Positions 1-9,119 of a stretch of 64,000 bases of DNA are shown here, piece after piece; the stretch's first letter is position 1, and every line of letters starts with the position of its first letter. The position numbers were made by a program, and so were the translations under genes. Under the pieces are notes generated by a model, which did no database searches, was not told where the DNA came from, and worked only from the letters and a program-made list of their open reading frames with translations. Where the stretch lies: IMG/VR virus record IMGVR_UViG_642791618_000001, positions 1 through 64,000 of that record; one strand, given 5' to 3'. This DNA comes from a virus. Lineage: Duplodnaviria; Caudoviricetes.

Positions 1-3000
1 TCAACGGCCTGCTGCACTTCCAGGGCGAAGTCGTGCGCCAGTGCGCAGCAACTCGGCGAACTGCACCGGGTCGCTGGTGGTGGCATACTTCGCTTCGACG
101 GTGTCGAGTTTTTCGAGGCACTCCTTTGCCCGGTCCAGCTTTTCCCTGGCGCCGAGTGTCTTGACGCCGGTCGGCCCGAAAAGAGCGCGCACACGATCAT
201 CGCCGAACACCACCACAAGCTGGTCGTTTACGATCTTCGTGTAGGTGTCGTTGAGCCAGTTCTCCGCCGCTTGTCTTTCTCCCGCGAGATGCTCGCGAAG
301 GATAACACAATAACGCTTCTCATTGTCACCGACGGCGGGATCAAGCCGGGCAAAGCCCATCTCGCAGAGAAGTGCCATCCACTGTCCGAACACCTCTTTT
401 TTTCTGAACTGTGGCTCGAAGGCGTAGCCCCAAAACCACTCGCGTTCTGCAACATCGAGCGACCACGTGCGACCGGCGAATAGGCGACGCAAGAGCGTGG
501 CGACGAAGGCCGGCAGTTGGGGCTCGGCTCCTTCATTCAACCGATCGAACAAGCCGGCGCGTTCTTCCGCACGATACGAACTCCTGGCCGCGGCGGAGCT
601 TTCCATTCGGCGCAGCAGATCGAGAATCTCCTCGACCTTGAGCCCGCTGTGTTCATCGGCATGAGCAAGCGTTCGGCGCGCCTCATCGCCGAGAAACATC
701 CAGCGCCAGGCGCTGAGCAATTGGTCGCGGTCTTCATCACGCAGCACGCCGCCCGGTCGGAAGGGCCAAGCGATGCGTCCGAGCTTATCCAGCGCCTCCC
801 GCCAGTTGCCGACGTGATCCTTGAGCAAACGATAAAAGCTCTGTGCGCGGGTGTGAAAGGCCGAGGTAAGCTGCCCGGAGCCCAGGACGAAGCCGCTCCA
901 CGTGGCCCGCGGGAGACCGATCTGATGGAGCATAGTCTCCTCGCGAGGCGATAGCTGAAAGACAGTAGCGAAGGTGCGGGAATCGCGCACCTTCGTCGAT
1001 GCGGCCGAGGCGATTTGATCCGCGAGAGCGCGCGACGACGTTAAGACCACCACGGGCGTTCGACCCAGCTTGTCGAACTGCGCCGTCACCACGTCACAAA
1101 GCTTCTCGTATTCCTCGATGTTCCGCACCCATGCGAGCACCGCGCGACCATCAGGATGCAGCTTCAGCCAATCCGCACGGAGTAGTCCCTTCTTCGTGCC
1201 GCCGACGGTCTCGATCGCGACGAAGTCCCCGCGCAGCGCCGGTGTGACTGGATCGTATTCCCAATGATCATCGAGCACCCGCATTGCACCGGTGAGGATC
1301 TGGCGGGCGCGTTCATTTTCGTTCTGCGCCTTGACGGCGACGAGAGCGGACTCGAGCGCGGTGTTGCCTTCCGTGTCGCGAAGCACCTGCGTCTGCGCGT
1401 TGTCGCGGCGGAGCCGCAGGTTGACCCGCTGAAGCATCGAGGCAGACGGTCCGAGATGCGTGGCGCGCTCGGGCGGAAACTCCGTCGTGTTGTGGAAAAA
1501 GAAACGCCAGAGAGCACGGGCCGCATCCTCCACCGCCGGATGCGGATAAAGCATCGCTGCAAGGTCGCAGAAATCCCGCTGTGCCAGCGGAACGAGTAAA
1601 ACGTGCCGGCCACCTTGCGGCGGTTGACCTTTGGTCTCGTGGATCGCGTAGGTGCCGAGATTGGCGAGGAGCTGCCGCAGGTCGAAGAAGCTGGTCGATG
1701 CCGCCGAGTTTCCAGCGCTCTTTCTCCCGCTGAACCGTCCGTCGCGCAACGCCTGCGCACATTGCTCCTCCGACCAGTCCACGCGCTGAAAGTATTCCGA
1801 GATTTCCTCGCCGTATTCGTTGTTCGCCTTGGTCAGCAGCTCGCGCTGTTCGTCCGTCCAAGCGGTGAGCGGTCGCGGGAGCTGGCCGTAGAGAAATTCC
1901 TCGACCGGTGCCTTCTGCGCCGCGGGAACGTTGATTCCGCGGAGCACGGTGTGGTCGAGCACATGCGTCTTCACGCGGGCGGATTTCGCCACGCACTCGC
2001 TGAAAATTCGCCCGAGCGTCGCTTCGCCACCGAGATCCCGCAGCACCTGATCCACGGAGGACATGATGACATTGAACCAACCGAAGTTGCCGCCGCTCAT
2101 CGCGTAGGCAGCTTCGACGACGCCGGTCGGATATTCCTGCGCCAGCCGCCCCTCTTCGCGGAGCTTGCGCACGAAATCGCTCACGTCGGCGAAGGCATTG
2201 CGGCTCAGGTCCACGAGTTCAAAGCGCCGCGCCGTGGACTGCACCTCGCGCAATTCGTCACCGATAGCTGGCGAGCAGAGCGCGACGTAGCGGAGCCACG
2301 GGAGTTTATGCCGCGGGTCTTCCTCCTTGATCGCCCGGGCGATTAGTTTGATCGCAGCACCGTCGAGCCGGCGGAGGTCGCCTTCCTCTTTCCCAAAGGT
2401 CACGGACTCAGTGATCGTTTCCAACTCGTCGAGCACCACAACGACGTAGGCGATGCCGAATGCTTTAAAATAGGCGTAGGCTGCTTCGCACAGGCGTGTG
2501 ACCAGTGTCTTGTCGCCATAGAGTTTTTCCGGCGTGTGTCCGGCATCTAGCTCCAGCGCCGCGGCGAGCTTGTCCTTTTCAAAGCCGAGAGCGAAGAGCC
2601 GGTCGTAGGCTTCCTTGGCGATGTTGCCCTGGATCGAGCCATCGAACTCCTCCTTCGCGAGCGGTAGCAGTGCTTTGTAGAGCCCGTAGCCAAACCAGTT
2701 GTCTGTGTTTTGGTGCTCATTCGCGATCTGCGTGTAGCGGATGAATAGGCCGAGATACTTGTCACGATCGGGCGCGTCGCGGAAGAGCGCGGAATCCGCG
2801 ATGTTGCTCCCCGACTGACGGGTGAACCAACCGCGACCCGCATCATTGATCTGTCCGATGAGTTCGTAGCCAAGACGCGATTTACCCACGCCCCACGGAG
2901 CCACCGCGGCGAAGACCTGCACGAAGCCTTCCTGGTCGTGTTCGACCACATGGATGAAGTGCTGGAAGGTTTGGAAAAACTCACCCTGACCGACGATCGG

Positions 3001-3087
3001 ATGCGTGAGAGGATAACCGGAGACACCACCGGGAGACCACTGGTGCTGGCGGCGTAAAGCTTTGGAGTCTGGAACAGAGGCCGGCAT
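1..3087 (-). CDS. Large P-loop NTPase (1028 aa), last visible gene of the defence-like operon
   Basis: Walker A APWGVGKS and Walker B VVVVLDELE. The TGA lies at positions 1-3, so the true C-terminus could be longer if there is an indel. Confidence 0.8.
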   Translation of the reverse strand: MPASVPDSKALRRQHQWSPGGVSGYPLTHPIVGQGEFFQTFQHFIHVVEHDQEGFVQVFAAVAPWGVGKSRLGYELIGQINDAGRGWFTRQSGSNIADSALFRDAPDRDKYLGLFIRYTQIANEHQNTDNWFGYGLYKALLPLAKEEFDGSIQGNIAKEAYDRLFALGFEKDKLAAALELDAGHTPEKLYGDKTLVTRLCEAAYAYFKAFGIAYVVVVLDELETITESVTFGKEEGDLRRLDGAAIKLIARAIKEEDPRHKLPWLRYVALCSPAIGDELREVQSTARRFELVDLSRNAFADVSDFVRKLREEGRLAQEYPTGVVEAAYAMSGGNFGWFNVIMSSVDQVLRDLGGEATLGRIFSECVAKSARVKTHVLDHTVLRGINVPAAQKAPVEEFLYGQLPRPLTAWTDEQRELLTKANNEYGEEISEYFQRVDWSEEQCAQALRDGRFSGRKSAGNSAASTSFFDLRQLLANLGTYAIHETKGQPPQGGRHVLLVPLAQRDFCDLAAMLYPHPAVEDAARALWRFFFHNTTEFPPERATHLGPSASMLQRVNLRLRRDNAQTQVLRDTEGNTALESALVAVKAQNENERARQILTGAMRVLDDHWEYDPVTPALRGDFVAIETVGGTKKGLLRADWLKLHPDGRAVLAWVRNIEEYEKLCDVVTAQFDKLGRTPVVVLTSSRALADQIASAASTKVRDSRTFATVFQLSPREETMLHQIGLPRATWSGFVLGSGQLTSAFHTRAQSFYRLLKDHVGNWREALDKLGRIAWPFRPGGVLRDEDRDQLLSAWRWMFLGDEARRTLAHADEHSGLKVEEILDLLRRMESSAAARSSYRAEERAGLFDRLNEGAEPQLPAFVATLLRRLFAGRTWSLDVAEREWFWGYAFEPQFRKKEVFGQWMALLCEMGFARLDPAVGDNEKRYCVILREHLAGERQAAENWLNDTYTKIVNDQLVVVFGDDRVRALFGPTGVKTLGAREKLDRAKECLEKLDTVEAKYATTSDPVQFAELLRTGARLRPGSAAGR

Positions 3088-3091
3088 AACT

Positions 3092-4294
3092 TCAGGCTGT
3101 GACGAGAGTGGCAGGTTTATCCAGCGCCGAGCGGCTGGCTGGAGCTTTTTTAATTAGACGTTCCTGTGCCCATTGCTCGGCCGCGGTGCGCAGCGCGCGG
3201 GCGAGCCGTTCACCGGCGCGATAGAAATGGTTGCTGCCAAAAATGCGCAGGCAGGCGCTGCCGAATTCCTCCGCAATCCAGTATCCGGGCCGGCGGGCGA
3301 CGCGTCCGCGTTCGTCGAAGGTCCACACTTTGCACCGTAGCAGCTCGCGGATGACTGGGGCAAGGCGGGCGTCGAGGGTGGCGGCATCTCGCGTGGGAGC
3401 GATCAGGCCCACGCCGAGGATGGCCAGAGCGCGTTGAAGCAGTTCGCTCAGTGGACCGCACACGACTTCGCGAGCATCCGGCAGGGTCACCACCACATCC
3501 ACACGCGGTGGCTGATGAAATTGCGCGATGTCGGCCACTTCGAGCGCCAGGCCGCCGGTGAGCCGCTCCGCCGCCCACGTTTCTTGCGCGAAGACAAGCT
3601 GCGCGAGCAGCATCGGCCACGGGCGCATCACTACCCAGCGCAGCACGGCTTCGTGGGGAGCATCGTCGGCTTCCCTTTCGGCTTTTGAGAGCGGCGCCCA
3701 GGTCCCGTCGAGAACCGCGGTTGCGTCATAGCAGGGCGCTTCGTCGGCATCGGGAAGGCGGAGGAGGCGGTTGCGCACCCAGGCCCCGGTCGGGTCGAGG
3801 GGGCGGAGGTCCACCGGGGCGATAATCTCCGAGGTTGGCAGCGATGCGGTTGCAGCGAGGAGCCTCAAGAGCGGCGGCGTGACGACGGCATTCTCGGCTG
3901 ACGCGCCCAGCAGGCTGCGTTCGAGTTCCGCGTGGGCCGTGGGTTTGAGCGAACCTTCCGGTAGGACGGCGCGCACTTCTTCGGCGGCGGGACCGAGCGG
4001 GCCGATGAGGTTACAGAGCGACGCAACATCTCCGCGTAGGCCGGCCTCGTGGACGCGGGCGGCGATGACGCGGAGCCAGCCGACACGCACCGCCGGTTCG
4101 ACGGCGGCGAGGGTGGCCACGGCTTCGGCTTCGTTCGGGAGCGCGGACCAAAGCTGCATGAGCGCGGGCGTAGCCACGGCACGGTTGCCGTCGGTAGAGA
4201 GCGCCCAAAGCCCGCGAGCCCGGCTGGCGGGAAATTCCCGTAAGTCGGACGCCGCCGTTTCGCCGGTCTGCAGGAGCCGAAGCAACCCGCGCAT
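3092..4294 (-). CDS. Uncharacterised 400-aa protein of the defence-like operon
   Basis: Long ORF whose ATG overlaps the protease stop (TGATG) and which ends 4 nt before the ATPase start. Confidence 0.75.
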   Translation of the reverse strand: MRGLLRLLQTGETAASDLREFPASRARGLWALSTDGNRAVATPALMQLWSALPNEAEAVATLAAVEPAVRVGWLRVIAARVHEAGLRGDVASLCNLIGPLGPAAEEVRAVLPEGSLKPTAHAELERSLLGASAENAVVTPPLLRLLAATASLPTSEIIAPVDLRPLDPTGAWVRNRLLRLPDADEAPCYDATAVLDGTWAPLSKAEREADDAPHEAVLRWVVMRPWPMLLAQLVFAQETWAAERLTGGLALEVADIAQFHQPPRVDVVVTLPDAREVVCGPLSELLQRALAILGVGLIAPTRDAATLDARLAPVIRELLRCKVWTFDERGRVARRPGYWIAEEFGSACLRIFGSNHFYRAGERLARALRTAAEQWAQERLIKKAPASRSALDKPATLVTA

Positions 4295-5127
4295 CAGGAT
4301 CGCCTCCTTTCCAAGGCTTCGGTCTCTCGATCCAGATAAGCGTCAGCTTCCGGGAAATCCTTTGCCAGCAGGTGAATCAACGCCTCGATCCGGTTAGCTT
4401 GGATTTCGCGGTCTTCCTCAAAGAACATGCTGTTGATTCCGATAAGGCGCATGCGCGCGGGAATCCAAAACAGCGAATCTTTGAACCGAGCTCTCCAAAT
4501 GCCACCACCGCTCATTCCATAGGGCTCAGGGAGGTCTTGCCATTCGCCCGTGAACACGTCGAGCACCCGCTCCGGATATTCCATTCGCATATTCAATGGG
4601 CGTGATCCCGGCTTGCCCCAATCAAAGTCCTCCGGAACGTTTGTTTGGTAGAGGAACGAGTCGTAGAGGTGGATTATGCCGTGTTCGGTCTTGTGCGCGG
4701 CTTCTGGCATTCCAAAAGTCATCGTCAGGTCTTCCGCCAGGCCTTCTGGAAACAATTCGAAGTCATCCAACGTCAGCCAGGATTTATGCGCCAATTGCCG
4801 CAGACACCATTCGGACGGGCGGAGATAGCCCACGTCGAGATCATCATCGCTCACGCCGCTCATAAAATCCTTCTCCTCGGGTGCGGCACGCAGATTGGAA
4901 GGTTTTTCCTGCGCCACAATCTGCAGCCGCTCCACGTCATGTCGCTCGATCACATGCGCCGCCGTCACGATTAGAGGAGTGTCGTTCGCACGCACCAACA
5001 TTCCCGTGCCATGGTCATAAGGCGTCTGCTCATTATGAGCAGCGATCACGACGGTCCGATCGAACAAATACCGGTTAATGGCGGGCTTTGCCTCCTTCAT
5101 TATCGCGATTTTCGTCTGATCAGTCAC
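4294..5127 (-). CDS. Trypsin-like serine protease
   Basis: HGTG..., VTAAHV (His), DLDVGYL (Asp), GMSGGGIW (Ser). No signal peptide evident. Confidence 0.85.
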   Translation of the reverse strand: MTDQTKIAIMKEAKPAINRYLFDRTVVIAAHNEQTPYDHGTGMLVRANDTPLIVTAAHVIERHDVERLQIVAQEKPSNLRAAPEEKDFMSGVSDDDLDVGYLRPSEWCLRQLAHKSWLTLDDFELFPEGLAEDLTMTFGMPEAAHKTEHGIIHLYDSFLYQTNVPEDFDWGKPGSRPLNMRMEYPERVLDVFTGEWQDLPEPYGMSGGGIWRARFKDSLFWIPARMRLIGINSMFFEEDREIQANRIEALIHLLAKDFPEADAYLDRETEALERRRS

Positions 5128-5133
5128 AGCGTC

Positions 5134-6675
5134 CTAAGTGGCTTGAGGTTGGTCGCTCTGTTGCAAGGCGCCATAAAGCGTCTCGATGTCGGGAAAGAGC
5201 GGATCGCCGGGCAGGTCAAAGCCAGCACGAGTGAGACGGGAGAGGAGAGCGCGGTCGGGCGCAGTGTCGCCGCGATCTAGTGCTTGCTGAGCAGCAGCCA
5301 GTTCTGCCTCCGTCACGCGGCCTTCGATGAGGGCTTCAACTAGTTGCTTTGAAGCAGTCGTCAGGCGCACTGCAGTGCGTCGCAGGTCAATAGATTGCCG
5401 TCGACCGGAAGAAACTGATTGGAAGAAATATGGGCTAACGCTTGCCGGGTCAGGCACGGGGAAAACGCGAAGGTTCTCTAATGAGAAAAATGCATTTATC
5501 GCTCCGTAGACCTGTTGTTCGATCAACACTTGGCCGAGGTTCGACTCGCAAAAGGCGGCAACGAAGTCCGCTGTCGCCAAATCGCGAATCGGAACACGCG
5601 CGATGTCTTGGTTGATATTGCAACCTCGAAGTTCCTCGTCGATGGCTGCCGCGTCACCGACGGTTCCTTTGATTGAGATAACCAAATCTCCCACAGCCAA
5701 TCTGCTCCGTTTGATCGTTTCTTCGCTGTCCGTGTCCATTCGTGGAAGCGTGTCCCGATAGATGTCGCCGTCATGAAAATCTTGCCCCCGAATCCAAGGC
5801 ACACCCACAGCGCCAAAGCGCGCATCCCCTGGTGTCCCCCCATTAGTGATGCCGGGATAAAGCGCCCCTAAAAAAGCGAGAGCGGTGCCAGATTTGCGGA
5901 TTGCCGCCTCGGCGTGCACGAAGCGCGGGTTGTGATACCATGCGTCCACGCGCCCGTTGAGCCGCTCAGGCCGAACCCTATAACCGCGCGTCATCGGTGC
6001 TGGTGAATAGTGGCTGAAGTATTCGTTGAAGGACGCCGCGACTCTCCGCGCTAAAGCCTTCCCTGCCTCCCTCAAGCCCTCGGCCTGGCGCACTTTCTCT
6101 CCGACGTAGCGTTCACCGTCCGAACTAAGCTCCGGTAACAAGACGTCCTTTGCATCCGTCACGCCCAAATACTGAATGATGCTACCCAGCGAGCGTCGTT
6201 CGAGTTGCCTCCGCCCGTAAGGAGTGAACAAAAAAGCTGCAACGAATTCGGTGTCGTGACTGCCATTGGGATGAATGGCGATGATGTGCTGGGTGATGTT
6301 CGCACGCGGAATCCAGTCCGGGACGACGCAAATTTTTTCGCCGACGCTGGCTTTGACGATGAGCAGGTCGCCGGGGCGAACCTCCGACGCAATCAGGTCA
6401 TGATGCACCGCCTCATCAAGGTGAGCCATGCCATCGTAGATGACAGTCATCTCGCCGACATTGCCGACACGGAAAAGGGGAACACCCGAGGCAAGGTAAA
6501 GCTCGCTCGGCAGTGCGGACCCGAACGGGCCGGCGAAGAACTTGCCGGTCTCGCGAAGTTCAACGGAGCCGAACTCACGCAAGATGCGTTCGTCGCGAAT
6601 GTGCTCGGGCCGGTAATAGTCCGGGTCGAGCCGCTTGGGCGCGAGAAGCAGAGAAGGAACGCGGGTGGCCAGCAT
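5134..6675 (-). CDS. hsdS: Type I RM specificity subunit (HsdS-like, two TRDs)
   Basis: TRD motifs GPFGSAL..GVPLFRVGNV, PGDLLIVKASVG, NITQHII, and NGGTP..GVPWIRGQD, GDLVISIKGTVG, NINQDIA. The ATG at 6675 follows the hsdM stop; the track start at 6753 overlaps hsdM. Confidence 0.85.
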   Translation of the reverse strand: MLATRVPSLLLAPKRLDPDYYRPEHIRDERILREFGSVELRETGKFFAGPFGSALPSELYLASGVPLFRVGNVGEMTVIYDGMAHLDEAVHHDLIASEVRPGDLLIVKASVGEKICVVPDWIPRANITQHIIAIHPNGSHDTEFVAAFLFTPYGRRQLERRSLGSIIQYLGVTDAKDVLLPELSSDGERYVGEKVRQAEGLREAGKALARRVAASFNEYFSHYSPAPMTRGYRVRPERLNGRVDAWYHNPRFVHAEAAIRKSGTALAFLGALYPGITNGGTPGDARFGAVGVPWIRGQDFHDGDIYRDTLPRMDTDSEETIKRSRLAVGDLVISIKGTVGDAAAIDEELRGCNINQDIARVPIRDLATADFVAAFCESNLGQVLIEQQVYGAINAFFSLENLRVFPVPDPASVSPYFFQSVSSGRRQSIDLRRTAVRLTTASKQLVEALIEGRVTEAELAAAQQALDRGDTAPDRALLSRLTRAGFDLPGDPLFPDIETLYGALQQSDQPQAT

Positions 6676-6679
6676 CTTG

Positions 6680-8731
6680 TTACTCCCCGCGGATGTATGA
6701 ACCCGTGATCCCTGCGAGATCGTTAGGTACGCCTTTGCTGTAGTCTTCGACATTGTTCTTCACCTCGTAGCCGAGGTGGTCGGCCACGCCCATGAACACA
6801 TCCTTCTGCGGCTCATCGGCAAAGTGCTCGGGGTCATTGGGACGGGCGTGACGTTTCTGGAGGTAGAGGTAGCTGGTCTTGGCTCCGGTCCCGGAGAGTT
6901 TGAAGGTGTCTGACGGCAGAGACACGACCGCTTTGACGATCGCCTTGCCCCCGTGGAACTCACCGGTGACCGGGTCTTTCTTCCCCATGATGTATTCGCG
7001 AACGTAGCGCTCGCCGGAATTGCAGAGGACTCCATCGGGCAGGATGATGATGAGTCGTCCGCCGGGCTTGAGCAGTTCCAGGCAGCGATCGATGAAGAGG
7101 ACGGCGGGATCGATGCTGGTGGGGCTGATGGGAGTCCACCGGCCCTTTTTGTCGGGGCTCGCGCCCATCGCCTTGCCGGCGACCGTCGGTGTGTAGCGAT
7201 AGACCTCTTTTTTCCCAATCGGGAACCAACCCATGCCTGCCACAAAGGTATAGGCCGTCTTGTCGCCATCGGGTTCGAGGTCGGTGCGAAAGCGTTTGAG
7301 AATCTCGCCCATTTCGGTCTCGTAGCGCTCGCGAGCTTCGTGCTGGCCTTTCTTGAACTTGGGCGTGCCGAATGGCGGATTGGTGCAGATGAGATCGAAG
7401 GTGCCGGGTTCGAGCTGATCGGTGGTGAGCGAGTTCTGGACGTAGAAGATGCGGGCCTTGGGCGCGCCGAGCAAAGCCATGTTCACGCGGGCGAGCGTGA
7501 CCATGACCGGCGCCGAGTCGGCTCCACAGAAGCTGTAGGTGAGATGGTCCTCGAAGAGTTTCTTCCGCTTCACGTCGTCGAGGTTCAGCTCGGCAAGAGC
7601 GCGCTGGAGCCGGCCGACGGCGACGACTCCGAAGCCGTAGGTGCCGCACGCCGGATCGCAATAGCGGAAGACGGGCTTGTCGCCTTTGTAGGCGGCGAGC
7701 AGCTCGGGGGTCTCGGCGAGGATGTCGTGGAAGGCGATGTCGAGCATCGACTGCTTGACCGGCGCAGGTGTGAGGTAGATGCCAAGCCCGCCCTTGCTGT
7801 CGAAATTGCCGCGCAGGAAGACATCGAACGCCCGCCCGAGGGCATCGGCCGCCATGTCGGCGAAGGTGCCGTTGGCTTTGATTTGGACGCCACGGTTGTC
7901 GGTGACGGGGCCGAGGTTTTGGATTAGGTCGAGGAGCGTCTCGTAATTGCGCTGCTGCTCGAGCTGGAGGTGGACATTCTTGTCGAAGATGGGGTGGGAC
8001 TCGCCCTTGTCGTCGGTGACGACGTAGTCCGCGTGGCCCTTGAACTGATCGAACGCGGCCTGGATCTCGGCGACGGCGGCTTTGCCGTTTGCCCGGACGT
8101 AGTCGGCATCGAAGACATCGGCGAAGCGGCGCTTCCGGTTTTCGTGGGTGAACTCAATGTTCGGATGATGAAGCCGGAAGGATTCGAGGAAGAGGAACTT
8201 GGCGACTTCGAGAATGATGTCGTTCTTGCCGTTCACTCGGTCCTTCACGGTCTGATAGACTTGCTCGTGGAACGAGTTGAAGCCGTTCATCAGGCGCTCG
8301 TATTGGCGCATCGACCAGCGATAGGTCGGGTCGGCTTTGAGGCGTTTGTATTCGCCGATCTCCTGGACAGTGGGAAGCTGGTCGATCTCGTGCGGCGGAT
8401 GATTCGCGATGTCGAAAGTGCGCTCGTGCTCGCCATCGGTGGCGATGGCGAAGACCGGGTAGGCATCCTCGGCCGTCTCGGTCGGCGTCAGCGCCCAGGC
8501 GCGGGATTGCACATGCTCCGGTCGCGCCTTATCCCACTGCTCGGGCGTGAGCGCGAGGAGCAGGAGGCGTGGGGTGAGCACGCCTTTATGCCGACCCCAG
8601 ACGATGGCGGCGGATTCGTCGTCGCCGTCGGTGAGCGGCTGTTCGAGATCGAAGCCGCGTTCGGCGAGCTTGGTGGTGAGGGACGCGAGGGCGTCCTTGG
8701 CGGTGAGTGTTTCAGTTTCAGTTTCAGGCAT
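6680..8731 (-). CDS. hsdM: N6-adenine DNA methyltransferase, HsdM family
   Basis: GIYLTP, motif I variant DPACGTYGF, motif IV TNPPFG, ILPDGVL, VVSLP..F. Confidence 0.92.
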   Translation of the reverse strand: MPETETETLTAKDALASLTTKLAERGFDLEQPLTDGDDESAAIVWGRHKGVLTPRLLLLALTPEQWDKARPEHVQSRAWALTPTETAEDAYPVFAIATDGEHERTFDIANHPPHEIDQLPTVQEIGEYKRLKADPTYRWSMRQYERLMNGFNSFHEQVYQTVKDRVNGKNDIILEVAKFLFLESFRLHHPNIEFTHENRKRRFADVFDADYVRANGKAAVAEIQAAFDQFKGHADYVVTDDKGESHPIFDKNVHLQLEQQRNYETLLDLIQNLGPVTDNRGVQIKANGTFADMAADALGRAFDVFLRGNFDSKGGLGIYLTPAPVKQSMLDIAFHDILAETPELLAAYKGDKPVFRYCDPACGTYGFGVVAVGRLQRALAELNLDDVKRKKLFEDHLTYSFCGADSAPVMVTLARVNMALLGAPKARIFYVQNSLTTDQLEPGTFDLICTNPPFGTPKFKKGQHEARERYETEMGEILKRFRTDLEPDGDKTAYTFVAGMGWFPIGKKEVYRYTPTVAGKAMGASPDKKGRWTPISPTSIDPAVLFIDRCLELLKPGGRLIIILPDGVLCNSGERYVREYIMGKKDPVTGEFHGGKAIVKAVVSLPSDTFKLSGTGAKTSYLYLQKRHARPNDPEHFADEPQKDVFMGVADHLGYEVKNNVEDYSKGVPNDLAGITGSYIRGE

Positions 8732-9119
8732 GGTCGAGGAGTTGGACGAGACCGGGGCCGAACAGGCGAAGGGCGCGATGTTCGCGGGTCAGAGCTTTGA
8801 GTTGCGCAGTCGAAGTCTGGAATTGAGCGGGGAGGAGTTTGCGGATTTCGTCCGGGTGGAGTGGCCCTCCGCCGCGGGCGCGGAGAATGCCGATGACGGC
8901 TTCGAGCAGCGCCTCCTGCGGGGAACGCTGGCCGGCAGATACGGCGATGTCGTTGCCTTCACTCCTGAGGTGGATCCCGGGCGCGACGGTGAGAAAGAGC
9001 CGGAGTTGTTCGCGAGTCCAATTACTGCCCGATTCACGGACCATGGCGTGGACCTGCGAGAGCGCCACGGGTGCGGCGCGCAGAGTCGGGAGCAGTCGAT
9101 CGAAAATGGCGGGGGTCAT
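8724..9119 (-). CDS. Small (131 aa) possible winged-helix protein
   Basis: ATG at 9119 overlaps the upstream stop (ATGA) and its stop overlaps the hsdM start. C-terminal PLHPDEIRKLL..STAQLKAL pattern is HTH-like (inference). Confidence 0.6.
   Translation of the reverse strand: MTPAIFDRLLPTLRAAPVALSQVHAMVRESGSNWTREQLRLFLTVAPGIHLRSEGNDIAVSAGQRSPQEALLEAVIGILRARGGGPLHPDEIRKLLPAQFQTSTAQLKALTREHRALRLFGPGLVQLLDHA

Noticed and set aside
8710-8728. GAAACT tandem repeat at the hsdM 5-prime end as a phase-variation tract
   Set aside because: Only about three 6-nt units; copy-number change would keep the frame.
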